In this document: positions 28,611-37,238 of the stretch, in pieces
How positions within the stretch are numbered: the first letter of the stretch is position 1
Layout: the number at the start of each line of letters is the position of its first letter
Source of the DNA: a virus
Length of the DNA: 64,000 nt
Virus record (IMG/VR): IMGVR_UViG_3300043411_001170
Coordinates: 32,001-96,000 of that record
Reading direction: 5' to 3' (one strand)
Translations under genes and position numbers: made by a program
Notes under the pieces: generated by a model
Databases searched by the model: none
The model's input: the letters and a program-made list of their open reading frames with translations, nothing else
What the model was told of the DNA's origin: nothing

Positions 28611-29553
28611 TAAAAGAGGAAAACGCGACGTTGCTCCTGATAGTTCACATTACGTTATGCGATGGGTTTATTATAGTGAATATAATTCGTGCCCGCAGAA
28701 GTATTTATGGAATTGGGGGCATGAAGAAATTGATTTAGGGAATGGATTAGGAAATCCAAAAACACCTACTGATCTGTTATCGTCTCATGATTCTGCAATG
28801 GGAATAGCCATTGCCTATGCTATTGAAAAATTTTATAATGAATCATTGTGGAAAGCATCTACAATGGAGGAAATGAAAATAAAATTAAAGAAAATAGCTG
28901 TCGATAAATTAAAAGAGGAATGTGAAAATAACTATATTAATTGGGCAGCATGTCCTAGTTTATCGGAAATGGAAGTAATATGTACAGAAGGTGTTTATAG
29001 CTTTTTAACTACGTTAAAAGGAAATAAGTTACTAAGTAGTAATACAAAATCTGAGATTATTTTACGTCATCTTGTAGATGATGAGTTCTATATCAAAGGG
29101 ACATTAGATATTCTTATTGAGAAAGACGATAACTATACTATATTAGATGGGAAAAATACCAAGTATAGAGAGAAGTATCTAAAGAAAGAACAACTACTAT
29201 ATTATGCTTTACTTGTATACTTAAATTCATCTAAATTAGTTGAAAGAATTGGGTGGTTATACTATAGATTTCCTTATATTGAGGGGAATCCAGAGGAAAA
29301 GGGAGTTAAATGGGTAGATTATACTTTATTAGACTTAGAGATTTTAATGGGGAAAGTAAAATCTACTTGGGAAGGTATTAAGAATAAAAGATTTGATCCT
29401 ACACCTTCCAGCTTTGAATGTAGATTTTGTCCGTTTCAAACAGGGTGTACTTCTAGGCATGTTCCAAAAAAGAGAAATCCAAAAGAACATGAATTAGAAG
29501 TGGTAAAAACAGACATAAAAAACGGAAAAAAAATAGTCTCATTTGATGACTAA
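28600..29553 (+). CDS. PD-(D/E)XK nuclease (AddB/Cas4-like, probable Fe-S cluster)
   Basis: YNSCPQKY, KGTLDIL, ILDGKN, QLLYY, CRFCPFQTGC. Confidence 0.8.
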   Translation: MLDDKRGKRDVAPDSSHYVMRWVYYSEYNSCPQKYLWNWGHEEIDLGNGLGNPKTPTDLLSSHDSAMGIAIAYAIEKFYNESLWKASTMEEMKIKLKKIAVDKLKEECENNYINWAACPSLSEMEVICTEGVYSFLTTLKGNKLLSSNTKSEIILRHLVDDEFYIKGTLDILIEKDDNYTILDGKNTKYREKYLKKEQLLYYALLVYLNSSKLVERIGWLYYRFPYIEGNPEEKGVKWVDYTLLDLEILMGKVKSTWEGIKNKRFDPTPSSFECRFCPFQTGCTSRHVPKKRNPKEHELEVVKTDIKNGKKIVSFDD

Positions 29554-29567
29554 ACGGAGTAATACCT

Positions 29568-29837
29568 ATGGATATTAAAGAAACAAAAGAAACAATTATC
29601 TCTTTATCTAATCAGAGAGATAAATTAGCGTCGGATATACAACGATTAGCTATTAAAAAAGAAGAGGCTGAGAAAAATCTAAAGTTATTGGAAGAAAAAT
29701 GTGTAGACCTTGGATTTGATCCATCTACCTTGGGCAATGAGATTGAAAAATTAGAGGAAAAATGTACGGCTATGGTCAATGATTTAGCGACCAAACTTAA
29801 AAAAGTAGAAGAGAGAATCAAGGTATTTAAGGATTAA
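29568..29837 (+). CDS. Small coiled-coil protein
   Basis: 89 aa, heptad-rich, GGAG RBS. Confidence 0.7.
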   Translation: MDIKETKETIISLSNQRDKLASDIQRLAIKKEEAEKNLKLLEEKCVDLGFDPSTLGNEIEKLEEKCTAMVNDLATKLKKVEERIKVFKD

Positions 29838-29844
29838 TCTCTTA

Positions 29845-29874
29845 TTGCAAATTAACAGAGTAAATAGATATTAT
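29845..29874 (+). promoter_or_regulatory. Candidate sigma70-type promoter for beta-clamp gene
   Basis: TTGCAA-N18-TATTAT followed by CCCCGC-ttt-GCGGGG hairpin. Confidence 0.3.
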
Positions 29875-29924
29875 AGAAGGTTCCCCGCTTTGCGGGGTTT
29901 TCTCAAAAAAGAAGGAAGAAGAAC

Positions 29925-31136
29925 ATGTCGAAGTTTGCGTTTACGGTAGAAGCAGGGTTATTGAAGGATGTTGTCAAGTACTTGTCTAGGTCAGTTGCAC
30001 GGGGCGAATCGACACACGTGTCATCTCACTTCGTATTTAAAAAATATGAAGGATCTAGCGGTCTTAATGCAAGTTCCTTTAATGGTAATTTCTTTTGCGC
30101 TGTAGACATTACGGAAATGGGTCTTGATCCGAGCCTTGCGTTTGGATTTACATTGGAGGCAAAAAGATTCTCTGATGCTGTGTCTCTTTTGAAAGATAAA
30201 GACGCTGTAAACTTTTTGTTGGACGACTATATTTCGAGTTCTCCAAAAATTACGGTAAAAACAACTACAGGTAGAATTAAATTCCAGTCGATGAATTGGG
30301 AAGATGCTCCAGACTGGAAGGCATTTACATTTAAGTCGTCTATCTCTCTTGATATTGAATTACTTAAAGATTCGTTTGGTTTTTGTTCTAACTTTTGTAA
30401 AAATCTACCGCAGAATCCATCAATCAGTATTATTGAGTGTGTTGACGGTACGGTAAAATCAACAGATGGTGTTGTTATTGCCCAGGTTAAATGTGTTGAT
30501 TTTGACGGGATTTCGTTAAAGACTCACATTAATAACTATCCTACATTAAAACATGCCTTGTCATTTGCCAAAACTAATTCAAAAGTACAAGTACAAGAGT
30601 CGGAGAATGGATCTGTAACTTTTTATAGTTACACGAATGACGACGGCCCTCTACAGAATTTTTGTTTTGGTGAAACAAAAGTCCTTTATTCTATCCCAGA
30701 AGAAAAAACAAAATGGGATGATGTGTGTGACGGTTATTTATCAGTTGCAAAGAACGATCTGTTAACGGCCTTAAATTTTATTAATTGCGGGTCGGTTGTA
30801 ACAAACACAAGCCCTGTACAATTTGTTTCTGTGAGCACTAATGAGGGTAAGTTGGTATTAGAAATGGCATCTAATATTGATGACGAACCTTGTGTTGGTG
30901 AAGTTAATCTAGAAACAGATCCAGTTCTTGAAAACGATGCCGTTCAAGTTATGAATCTTCAAAAGTGCTTATTTTCTTTTAAAGACCTACTCAACGTTAT
31001 TAAGAACATGAAAACTGATAATGTTGTAGCTATGGTGTATGCTAGTGACAAAAATGTTGTTCTGTGCTTTAGATCTTTTACGACGGGACTAAAATATCAA
31101 GTGACTTTAGGTGGATTTATTAAACCTGCCGAATAA
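29925..31136 (+). CDS. dnaN: DNA polymerase III beta sliding clamp-like protein
   Basis: FAFTVEAGLLKDVVK, LEAKRFSDAVSLL, STDGVVIA, VAKNDLLTALN, FSFKDLLNVIKNM; ~400-aa three-domain spacing. Confidence 0.7.
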   Translation: MSKFAFTVEAGLLKDVVKYLSRSVARGESTHVSSHFVFKKYEGSSGLNASSFNGNFFCAVDITEMGLDPSLAFGFTLEAKRFSDAVSLLKDKDAVNFLLDDYISSSPKITVKTTTGRIKFQSMNWEDAPDWKAFTFKSSISLDIELLKDSFGFCSNFCKNLPQNPSISIIECVDGTVKSTDGVVIAQVKCVDFDGISLKTHINNYPTLKHALSFAKTNSKVQVQESENGSVTFYSYTNDDGPLQNFCFGETKVLYSIPEEKTKWDDVCDGYLSVAKNDLLTALNFINCGSVVTNTSPVQFVSVSTNEGKLVLEMASNIDDEPCVGEVNLETDPVLENDAVQVMNLQKCLFSFKDLLNVIKNMKTDNVVAMVYASDKNVVLCFRSFTTGLKYQVTLGGFIKPAE

Positions 31137-31154
31137 TTAAGTATCTTTAACCAG

Positions 31155-31186
31155 ACATAAAAGGACCGTAATCGGTCCTTTTATGT
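31155..31186 (+). terminator. Intrinsic terminator
   Basis: ACATAAAAGGACCG-taat-CGGTCCTTTTATGT. Confidence 0.8.
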
Positions 31187-31201
31187 TTATAGGAGTATAA
31201 A

Positions 31202-31828
31202 ATGTTGGAAATGTTTGACTCGTTAAAAAACGATATTTTAGTAATTGACTCAAAAGTAAAGAATCTGAATAAGACGGTTGTATCATTAGTAGATAGGATT
31301 AGTTTTCTAGAGAAAGAAGAAAAAATATTAACATTGGTATCTGCGTTATACCAGAAAATGATAGATAGTTGTTTGACAGAGAATAAAGATGTATTAAGAG
31401 ATCTGATGAAAGAAGCTATGAGAAGTGTATTTGTAGATCAAGATATAGATGTTGATGTTGAATTGGGGATGGATAGGAAAAAAGTTTCTATGGAATTAGT
31501 AACCATTACAAAAAATAAAGATGGTAGAGTAGTAAAGGGAAATGCAAATGAGTCGTTTGGTGGATCGCTAGCAACAATTCAGTCTCTAGTTCTCCGTATC
31601 TTAGTCACTCTAAAACGAGGATTACGCCCCGTCATTTTTATAGACGAGGGATTATCTGCGTTAGAAGATGATTACGCATCGAAAACAGGTTCTTTTTTGA
31701 AGATACTTTGTAACAGGTTAAATATTGATATTCTTATAATTACACATAGTACTGCTTTGTTCGATGAAGGTGATAAGAGATATATAGCAATCCCTACTAA
31801 AAAGAATGTTATATTCAAACCTGTTTAA
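31202..31828 (+). CDS. SbcC/Rad50-like ATPase, C-terminal half
   Basis: Short coil, signature-like SFGGS, Walker B VIFIDEG, D-loop SALED, H-loop LIITH. Confidence 0.85.
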   Translation: MLEMFDSLKNDILVIDSKVKNLNKTVVSLVDRISFLEKEEKILTLVSALYQKMIDSCLTENKDVLRDLMKEAMRSVFVDQDIDVDVELGMDRKKVSMELVTITKNKDGRVVKGNANESFGGSLATIQSLVLRILVTLKRGLRPVIFIDEGLSALEDDYASKTGSFLKILCNRLNIDILIITHSTALFDEGDKRYIAIPTKKNVIFKPV

Positions 31829-31838
31829 AGGATATGAT

Positions 31839-32540
31839 ATGAAGTCGGAATCAGATGTAAGAAATAAATTAAAAGAAGTTAAATACAGATACTTAAAGAA
31901 AAATATAAAGCAAAAAAGAAAACATATCCCACAAAATTGTAGTTTTAATGCAGAATTAGTCTCGTCTAAGGACGAGGCTAGCGCTATTAGTATCTGTACA
32001 AGAGAATCTGACGATGAATGGGTCAAATTTTATGGAAAAAACGATAATAAAATATGTGATTTGAATTACGACGGTAAAGAAAGATGTGTTAAATGCCCAT
32101 TTTTCTCTTGGGATTCTGAAAAAGACGACATAAAACAAGATTTTGATAAAGAGTTATTAGACTTATCTGCTGCACAACTTGCTTTTAAATATCCAGAGAT
32201 AATGGCTTTATCATGGGTTCTTGATAATTCTCCTGATATAGATCCTCTTGTCATAAAAGAACCAGAGGTTTTTCCTGTTGTGGAAAAATTAGAAGATACT
32301 AAAGTTAAAGGGTATGTTAGTTATGATGATTTTTTAAAGAACGCACCAGAAGAGGAAAAATTAAAACATTTTATAGAATATATGGAATACTGTAAGACAC
32401 ATAATAAATTTTTATATTTATTTAATAAGACACAACTATTTTTATCAAATCATCATATAGCCATTTTTGTCGGGCTTTTGATATTGTTTGTTATTAATTT
32501 ATTATTATATGCTTTCGATATTTATATATTTAATGCTTGA
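31839..32540 (+). CDS. Hypothetical Cys-containing protein with C-terminal transmembrane helix
   Basis: NC...IC...IC...RCVKCPFF; hydrophobic IAIFVGLLILFVINLLLYAF. Confidence 0.65.
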   Translation: MKSESDVRNKLKEVKYRYLKKNIKQKRKHIPQNCSFNAELVSSKDEASAISICTRESDDEWVKFYGKNDNKICDLNYDGKERCVKCPFFSWDSEKDDIKQDFDKELLDLSAAQLAFKYPEIMALSWVLDNSPDIDPLVIKEPEVFPVVEKLEDTKVKGYVSYDDFLKNAPEEEKLKHFIEYMEYCKTHNKFLYLFNKTQLFLSNHHIAIFVGLLILFVINLLLYAFDIYIFNA

Positions 32541-32554
32541 TACAGAGAGGTTTT

Positions 32555-33322
32555 ATGATTTCTGCGGATGTTCAAAAAATTCTACAAATTTATGGAAGCA
32601 AAGTAAAAGACTACTTAAAGACTAAAACGTTGTCAGTAGAAGATAAAAAAGAGATAGGGAAAGAACTTTATAAGATATTATTTTTAAATAAAGACGAACC
32701 GAAACAAGAGGCTAAAACAAAGCCTAATTTGATACCGAAAGTAAAGCCGTCCCTGCTAGATTATAAGCTTAATCTAATAAACGAAGTATTTAAAAATATC
32801 CCCATTGGGATATCGGTATATGCAAACGAAGATTTATTACCTTATGTTATTTCGTCTTCTACACCTGCCAGGGGTGTACAATGGGTTCAGAGTCATGACA
32901 AGGGAATGATCTGTTTAGGTGTCTTAAATAGAGAAGAAGTAAAAGAGGAGGATATATTCAATAAAATACTGAATGAAGTTATTGTATCAGAGGAGACATG
33001 TCATAGAGGAAATATATTTTTATATGAAAAAGATATTAGAGATAGTATCGTTGCAGGAATAAATTGCTGTATAGGTTATCTTGAATCATTTGATTTAACG
33101 GCTATACAGATAATACATAATATAGATGACAGTCTTATCTGTAATGTTCCTCATAAGATAACAAGGGCGGAATGGATGACGGAAGGCATGATTGCGGTTA
33201 TTCCAGAAAACTTATCTTATTTAGGAGATATTTTCCTATTAGGAAGGAATCATTTTGCAGTAAGCGTCCATAATATAAATAGAGGCATCTCTATTTGTAT
33301 TCCAGGAAAGAAAGTAGAGTAA
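32555..33322 (+). CDS. Hypothetical protein; C-terminus resembles the major capsid protein C-terminus
   Basis: ITRAEWMTEGMIAVIPENLSYLGDI...VHNINRGISIC vs MCP VIQSRKVPEGTCYLTCEPEFFGRI...AYNPRGLTRI. Confidence 0.5.
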   Translation: MISADVQKILQIYGSKVKDYLKTKTLSVEDKKEIGKELYKILFLNKDEPKQEAKTKPNLIPKVKPSLLDYKLNLINEVFKNIPIGISVYANEDLLPYVISSSTPARGVQWVQSHDKGMICLGVLNREEVKEEDIFNKILNEVIVSEETCHRGNIFLYEKDIRDSIVAGINCCIGYLESFDLTAIQIIHNIDDSLICNVPHKITRAEWMTEGMIAVIPENLSYLGDIFLLGRNHFAVSVHNINRGISICIPGKKVE

Positions 33323-33327
33323 AAAAA

Positions 33328-34008
33328 GTGGAAGACATAAAGAAGTGCCTTAAAAGAGTAACAGAAGAAGACACTCTTTTATATGATTACTGTCTTGGTC
33401 GGGGATTTAAAGAAGAATGGTTCAGTGAATACTCTTTATTAAAATGGGAAATTCCCAAGAAAATAATAGAGAATGGGGATTTCTGTAATATATTTTCTCC
33501 AAAAGGGGAATTATTAGAAGATTGTATAATATTTCCGTTCTTCAATCATCTAGGAGAATTTGTAGGTTTTGAGTCCCGTAATGTAAAAGTAAAAACTCAG
33601 CGGAAATTTAAATTCAAAGACGATGAATTAATCATATTTGGGATGAGTACCAGTGTGCTAGACAAAATATGGAATGGCTGCAATATATGGGTTGTAGAGG
33701 GTATTTTCGACTTGATTGCCTTACGTTGGATAACTGATGATATTGTGCTATCAACAGGTACGGCAAGTTTTAGCAAAAAATTTATAGATCTATTAAATAG
33801 ATATTTTAATAGAGACTACATAGTTAATATTCTATATGATAATGATAAAGCAGGTAGGGAAGGATCGGAAAGATCTGTTAAAAAACTAGACAAAATTGAT
33901 ATTATTTCAAGGAGATACTTCGTACATGACTTTAAAGATCCTGGAGATCTTTGGGATAGGTACGGAGAGTTTTTAATTGGTTCTATAGGTAAGAGCAAAA
34001 TAAGATGA
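33328..34008 (+). CDS. DnaG-type primase catalytic/TOPRIM domain (no N-terminal zinc-binding domain)
   Basis: YCLGRG, IIFPFFNHLGEFVGFESR, VVEGIFDLIAL, LYDNDKAG, KDPGD; start uncertain (33295 or 33328). Confidence 0.8.
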   Translation: MEDIKKCLKRVTEEDTLLYDYCLGRGFKEEWFSEYSLLKWEIPKKIIENGDFCNIFSPKGELLEDCIIFPFFNHLGEFVGFESRNVKVKTQRKFKFKDDELIIFGMSTSVLDKIWNGCNIWVVEGIFDLIALRWITDDIVLSTGTASFSKKFIDLLNRYFNRDYIVNILYDNDKAGREGSERSVKKLDKIDIISRRYFVHDFKDPGDLWDRYGEFLIGSIGKSKIR

Positions 34009-35027
34009 TAGAAAGCGTGCTTACACCTAGACTTATGTTGGAGTTGGAAGAAAAAGATTTTAATGCTTTAGTAGAAGCATATCATATAATATGTAGGCAC
34101 ACTGATAATTTTAATACTGTAGATAAAATGTTATCAGAATTATCTAATATGTATGAAGACCCAATACTGAACTTAATTTTCTCAACAAAGACGATTATAT
34201 TATTTGATAATTTTATATATAATATTGCAAAAATAAAAGGATGTAGTACGTATGAACTTATAAATGAAAAAGAATTATTTTCTAATGTTGTAGATAAGTA
34301 TGTTGTGTTTTTTAAACACCTATCTCATGAGATAGTGTCAGGTAATTATTTAATAAACAGTTATTCAGATATAACGGCATTCTTTATACAATCAGTCGTA
34401 AAGTCTGTAGAAATAAAATTTTTAGGTTTTATAAAAGATAGTAAAGAATTTTGCTTACCTAATGTGAGCGTACTAGACGTATTTAGTTTAGACTTTAATG
34501 TTCAAGATATATTGTATAAATTAGAGGCATATACACCTAATGCTACCATTCTTAATTTAAATCTACCTTATTCTAAAAGTTCTAATAGAAGAGACGAGAT
34601 TAGATTATTTTTCTTAGAAAAATATGTTGAAAGTATAAAGCAGATTCATATCCATGATTTATTCTTAACAGAGGCAGAGATTAAAGCATTGTTAGGAAGT
34701 AAGAGAATTAAAAATCTAGATATACTAGATTTATCTGACTGCTATTTATTTTATCGTGAAAGAGACATAGGATCTTTTTATCGCGCCTTTAATACAGAAT
34801 GTAATTTCACTGTTAAAAATTTCGTTCTATATGATCCCGTTGAGGGTAGTTCAAAAATCCTTAAAACCCTTTTAGGGCAATCATTTTTTAAAAATTGTAT
34901 AGAAAATCTAAGGTTCTATGAGCTATCTACTTCGGAATCAGACTTAAAAGAATTGCATTCATTACTTGCAAAAACAAGTATAAATAAAGTATATAATAAC
35001 GATGTAGTTGTCTACGAATGTCGATAG
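34005..35027 (+). CDS. Hypothetical protein with possible C-terminal leucine-rich repeats
   Basis: LTEAEIKALLGSKRIKNLDILDLSDC and related LxxLxL segments. Confidence 0.5.
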   Translation: MIESVLTPRLMLELEEKDFNALVEAYHIICRHTDNFNTVDKMLSELSNMYEDPILNLIFSTKTIILFDNFIYNIAKIKGCSTYELINEKELFSNVVDKYVVFFKHLSHEIVSGNYLINSYSDITAFFIQSVVKSVEIKFLGFIKDSKEFCLPNVSVLDVFSLDFNVQDILYKLEAYTPNATILNLNLPYSKSSNRRDEIRLFFLEKYVESIKQIHIHDLFLTEAEIKALLGSKRIKNLDILDLSDCYLFYRERDIGSFYRAFNTECNFTVKNFVLYDPVEGSSKILKTLLGQSFFKNCIENLRFYELSTSESDLKELHSLLAKTSINKVYNNDVVVYECR

Positions 35028-35069
35028 ACAACTAACCTATAAACGGAAAGAAAGGAAAAAGAGGAACGT

Positions 35070-35654
35070 ATGTCGAAGCAACTTCTCCCAGCCATGACTA
35101 GCGAATACAACATGCTCAATGAACTCATCGGTAAATATCACCCAGAGGTTGCCGATATTTATAAAAATATCGGAATTGTTTTCAAAGAAGGTATCGGTAA
35201 GAGCGGTGGAAAATATGTTTTCTCAAAAGTTGCTAAAGCACCGCCCATTGTAAATGTTATGTGCAATAAGGATAAGCCAGAGGGAGAGGAAGAAAAAGAA
35301 TACATCTATATTATCTATATTTATGAAGAAGCTTGGGGATTGATGAATACCGAGCAACGAAAAGCCCTCATGGACAGATGCTTGTGTTCAATTAAACAAA
35401 AATACGATGAAAAGTCAGATAAGATTAAGTATCTCCTTGTTAAGGAAGACATTGTTGCTTATAAAGCGGAATTGTCTAGGCATGGATATTGGTGGGGAGA
35501 TATTGAAACTCAACTAGAAGAATTACATAAGAAGCCAGAAGATGATGAAGAAGGTGAGGAAGATAATCAGAGAATGAAAAGTTCAGGTCCAGCAATAGAC
35601 GAAGGTAAAGTTGAAGACATTTTATCTGATCTTGCAAACGAAGACTCTGAATAA
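35070..35654 (+). CDS. Putative phage metallopeptidase-fold protein, apparently inactive
   Basis: YIIYIYEEAWGLMNTEQRKALMDRCLCSI aligns to ...ALLDHELxH with HExxH lost; acidic tail. Confidence 0.55.
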   Translation: MSKQLLPAMTSEYNMLNELIGKYHPEVADIYKNIGIVFKEGIGKSGGKYVFSKVAKAPPIVNVMCNKDKPEGEEEKEYIYIIYIYEEAWGLMNTEQRKALMDRCLCSIKQKYDEKSDKIKYLLVKEDIVAYKAELSRHGYWWGDIETQLEELHKKPEDDEEGEEDNQRMKSSGPAIDEGKVEDILSDLANEDSE

Positions 35655-35678
35655 TAACAATTCAAATAGCCAATAAAC

Positions 35679-35707
35679 AAAAATCCCCTCCTCATGAGGG
35701 GTTTTTT
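35679..35707 (+). terminator. Intrinsic terminator
   Basis: CCCCTC-ctcat-GAGGGG plus T tract. Confidence 0.75.
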
Positions 35708-35726
35708 AGTATAAGGGAGAATTTCT

Positions 35727-37238
35727 ATGGCTTTCGACACTAAATACAGACCTTTAAATTTTAATGACGTTATTGGACAGGACAGTATAGTAAGTACATT
35801 AAAAGGTTTTGTATTATCTAACACAGGATTTAATCAGTCCTATATCATATCGGGACCATATGGTACAGGTAAAACGACATTAGCGCGTATTTTTGCTAGA
35901 GCCTTGTTATGTGAAAGTCCTATTAATGGTGATTGTTGTAATAATTGCAAAAGTTGCAAAAACTTATTGGCTCTTAAAGACGATAGTATTATAGAGATAG
36001 ATGCAGCCACTAATTCTGGAAAAGACGATGTAAAGAAAATAGTAGAAGATTCAATGTATGCCTCGTTTGGAGGAAGAAGGAAAATATTTATTCTTGATGA
36101 GGCTCATCAGTTATCAAAATTTGCGCTTGATGCCCTATTAAAACCATTGGAAGAAGATATACAAGGGACGGAAAATAAAAAGCTCATTTGTATTTTTTGT
36201 ACTACGGAAAGGCAAAAAATAAAGAAAACTATCATGTCTCGGTGTGCGTTGTTTTCTTTGAATCCTGTGTCATGTGACGACATAGCACAGAGGTTATCCT
36301 TTGTTTGTGGGAAAGAAAACATTAACTACGAATTATCTGCTTTAAAATATATAGCTACTAGGTCTGATAAGCATGTTAGAGATGCATTAAAAACATTAGA
36401 AATAATATCAAGCTCTGGTGAGATAACCACCGAACGAGTGAATTTTTATTATGGTGTAGACAAAATTAGCTTGATTGTAGATCTATTGCTACAGATTAAA
36501 ACATCTGTGGATCTAGCGATGCTGAGTAATTTATTAGTCTATTTCTCACCGTTTGATCTATGTGTTCTTTTGTCAAGTATCTCACATCATTCATATATTT
36601 ATTCAAAAACAAAAACAAATCTATCAAAAGAATGCACTGAGAATATTCTTGAAACTATTAACAAAGCCTTTTCGGATAGTGAACTAAAATTCATAATGGA
36701 CTTTTTTAGTCGTAAGAGTAAGACACTTGACGAGACAATATTTATATGTGACTTGTTGACTCTAAAAGACGTTTTCAATGGGACACACGATATTACACCT
36801 GTTTTTCATCAGGTCGTTCCAAGTAAAAGATCAGAATCGGCTATGGTCACACCTTCTATAGCACCTTCTAAAAACACTACCGTTACAATAGCTTTTGATG
36901 ATGCTGATAAATTTAAGGAGCTTGAAGAACAAAAAAAGAATGAGATGATCGGACGCTTGGGTAATATAAAACATAAGGACGAATCATCTGTAGGTCCGAA
37001 TGGTTTGACTAAGAACGGTGTTTATCTCGTACCCGCAGCAGTTAAAAGTAAATCAACCCCCAATAGTTCTAGTATTCCAGTAAAAAAACCGATTATAAAC
37101 GAATCGGTAGGTACAGCTGATAATATAGTCACTAATGATACTAAAAAAACTATACTGAGTCCAGAAGATGTTGTTTCATTAATTAATGATAGGTTTTCGA
37201 AAATATGTCAACAAAAAAAGCCACCGCAAAAAGAGTAA
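35727..37238 (+). CDS. dnaX: DNA polymerase III gamma/tau subunit
   Basis: KYRPLNFNDVIGQ, GPYGTGKTTLARI, C4 zinc module, EIDAATNSG, ILDEAHQL, ALLKPLEE, TIMSRC. Confidence 0.95.
   Translation: MAFDTKYRPLNFNDVIGQDSIVSTLKGFVLSNTGFNQSYIISGPYGTGKTTLARIFARALLCESPINGDCCNNCKSCKNLLALKDDSIIEIDAATNSGKDDVKKIVEDSMYASFGGRRKIFILDEAHQLSKFALDALLKPLEEDIQGTENKKLICIFCTTERQKIKKTIMSRCALFSLNPVSCDDIAQRLSFVCGKENINYELSALKYIATRSDKHVRDALKTLEIISSSGEITTERVNFYYGVDKISLIVDLLLQIKTSVDLAMLSNLLVYFSPFDLCVLLSSISHHSYIYSKTKTNLSKECTENILETINKAFSDSELKFIMDFFSRKSKTLDETIFICDLLTLKDVFNGTHDITPVFHQVVPSKRSESAMVTPSIAPSKNTTVTIAFDDADKFKELEEQKKNEMIGRLGNIKHKDESSVGPNGLTKNGVYLVPAAVKSKSTPNSSSIPVKKPIINESVGTADNIVTNDTKKTILSPEDVVSLINDRFSKICQQKKPPQKE
36915..36989 (+). 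promoter_or_regulatory. Putative programmed -1 ribosomal frameshift signal in dnaX
   Basis: AAGGAG 36915-36920; in-frame A AAA AAG 36932-36938; -1 frame GAA TGA; downstream stem AGATGAT/ATCATCT. Confidence 0.6.

Noticed and set aside
28600-29553. Cas4-like nuclease as a sign of a CRISPR-Cas system
   Set aside because: No repeat-spacer array or other cas genes seen; context is recombination (SbcCD, RecA)
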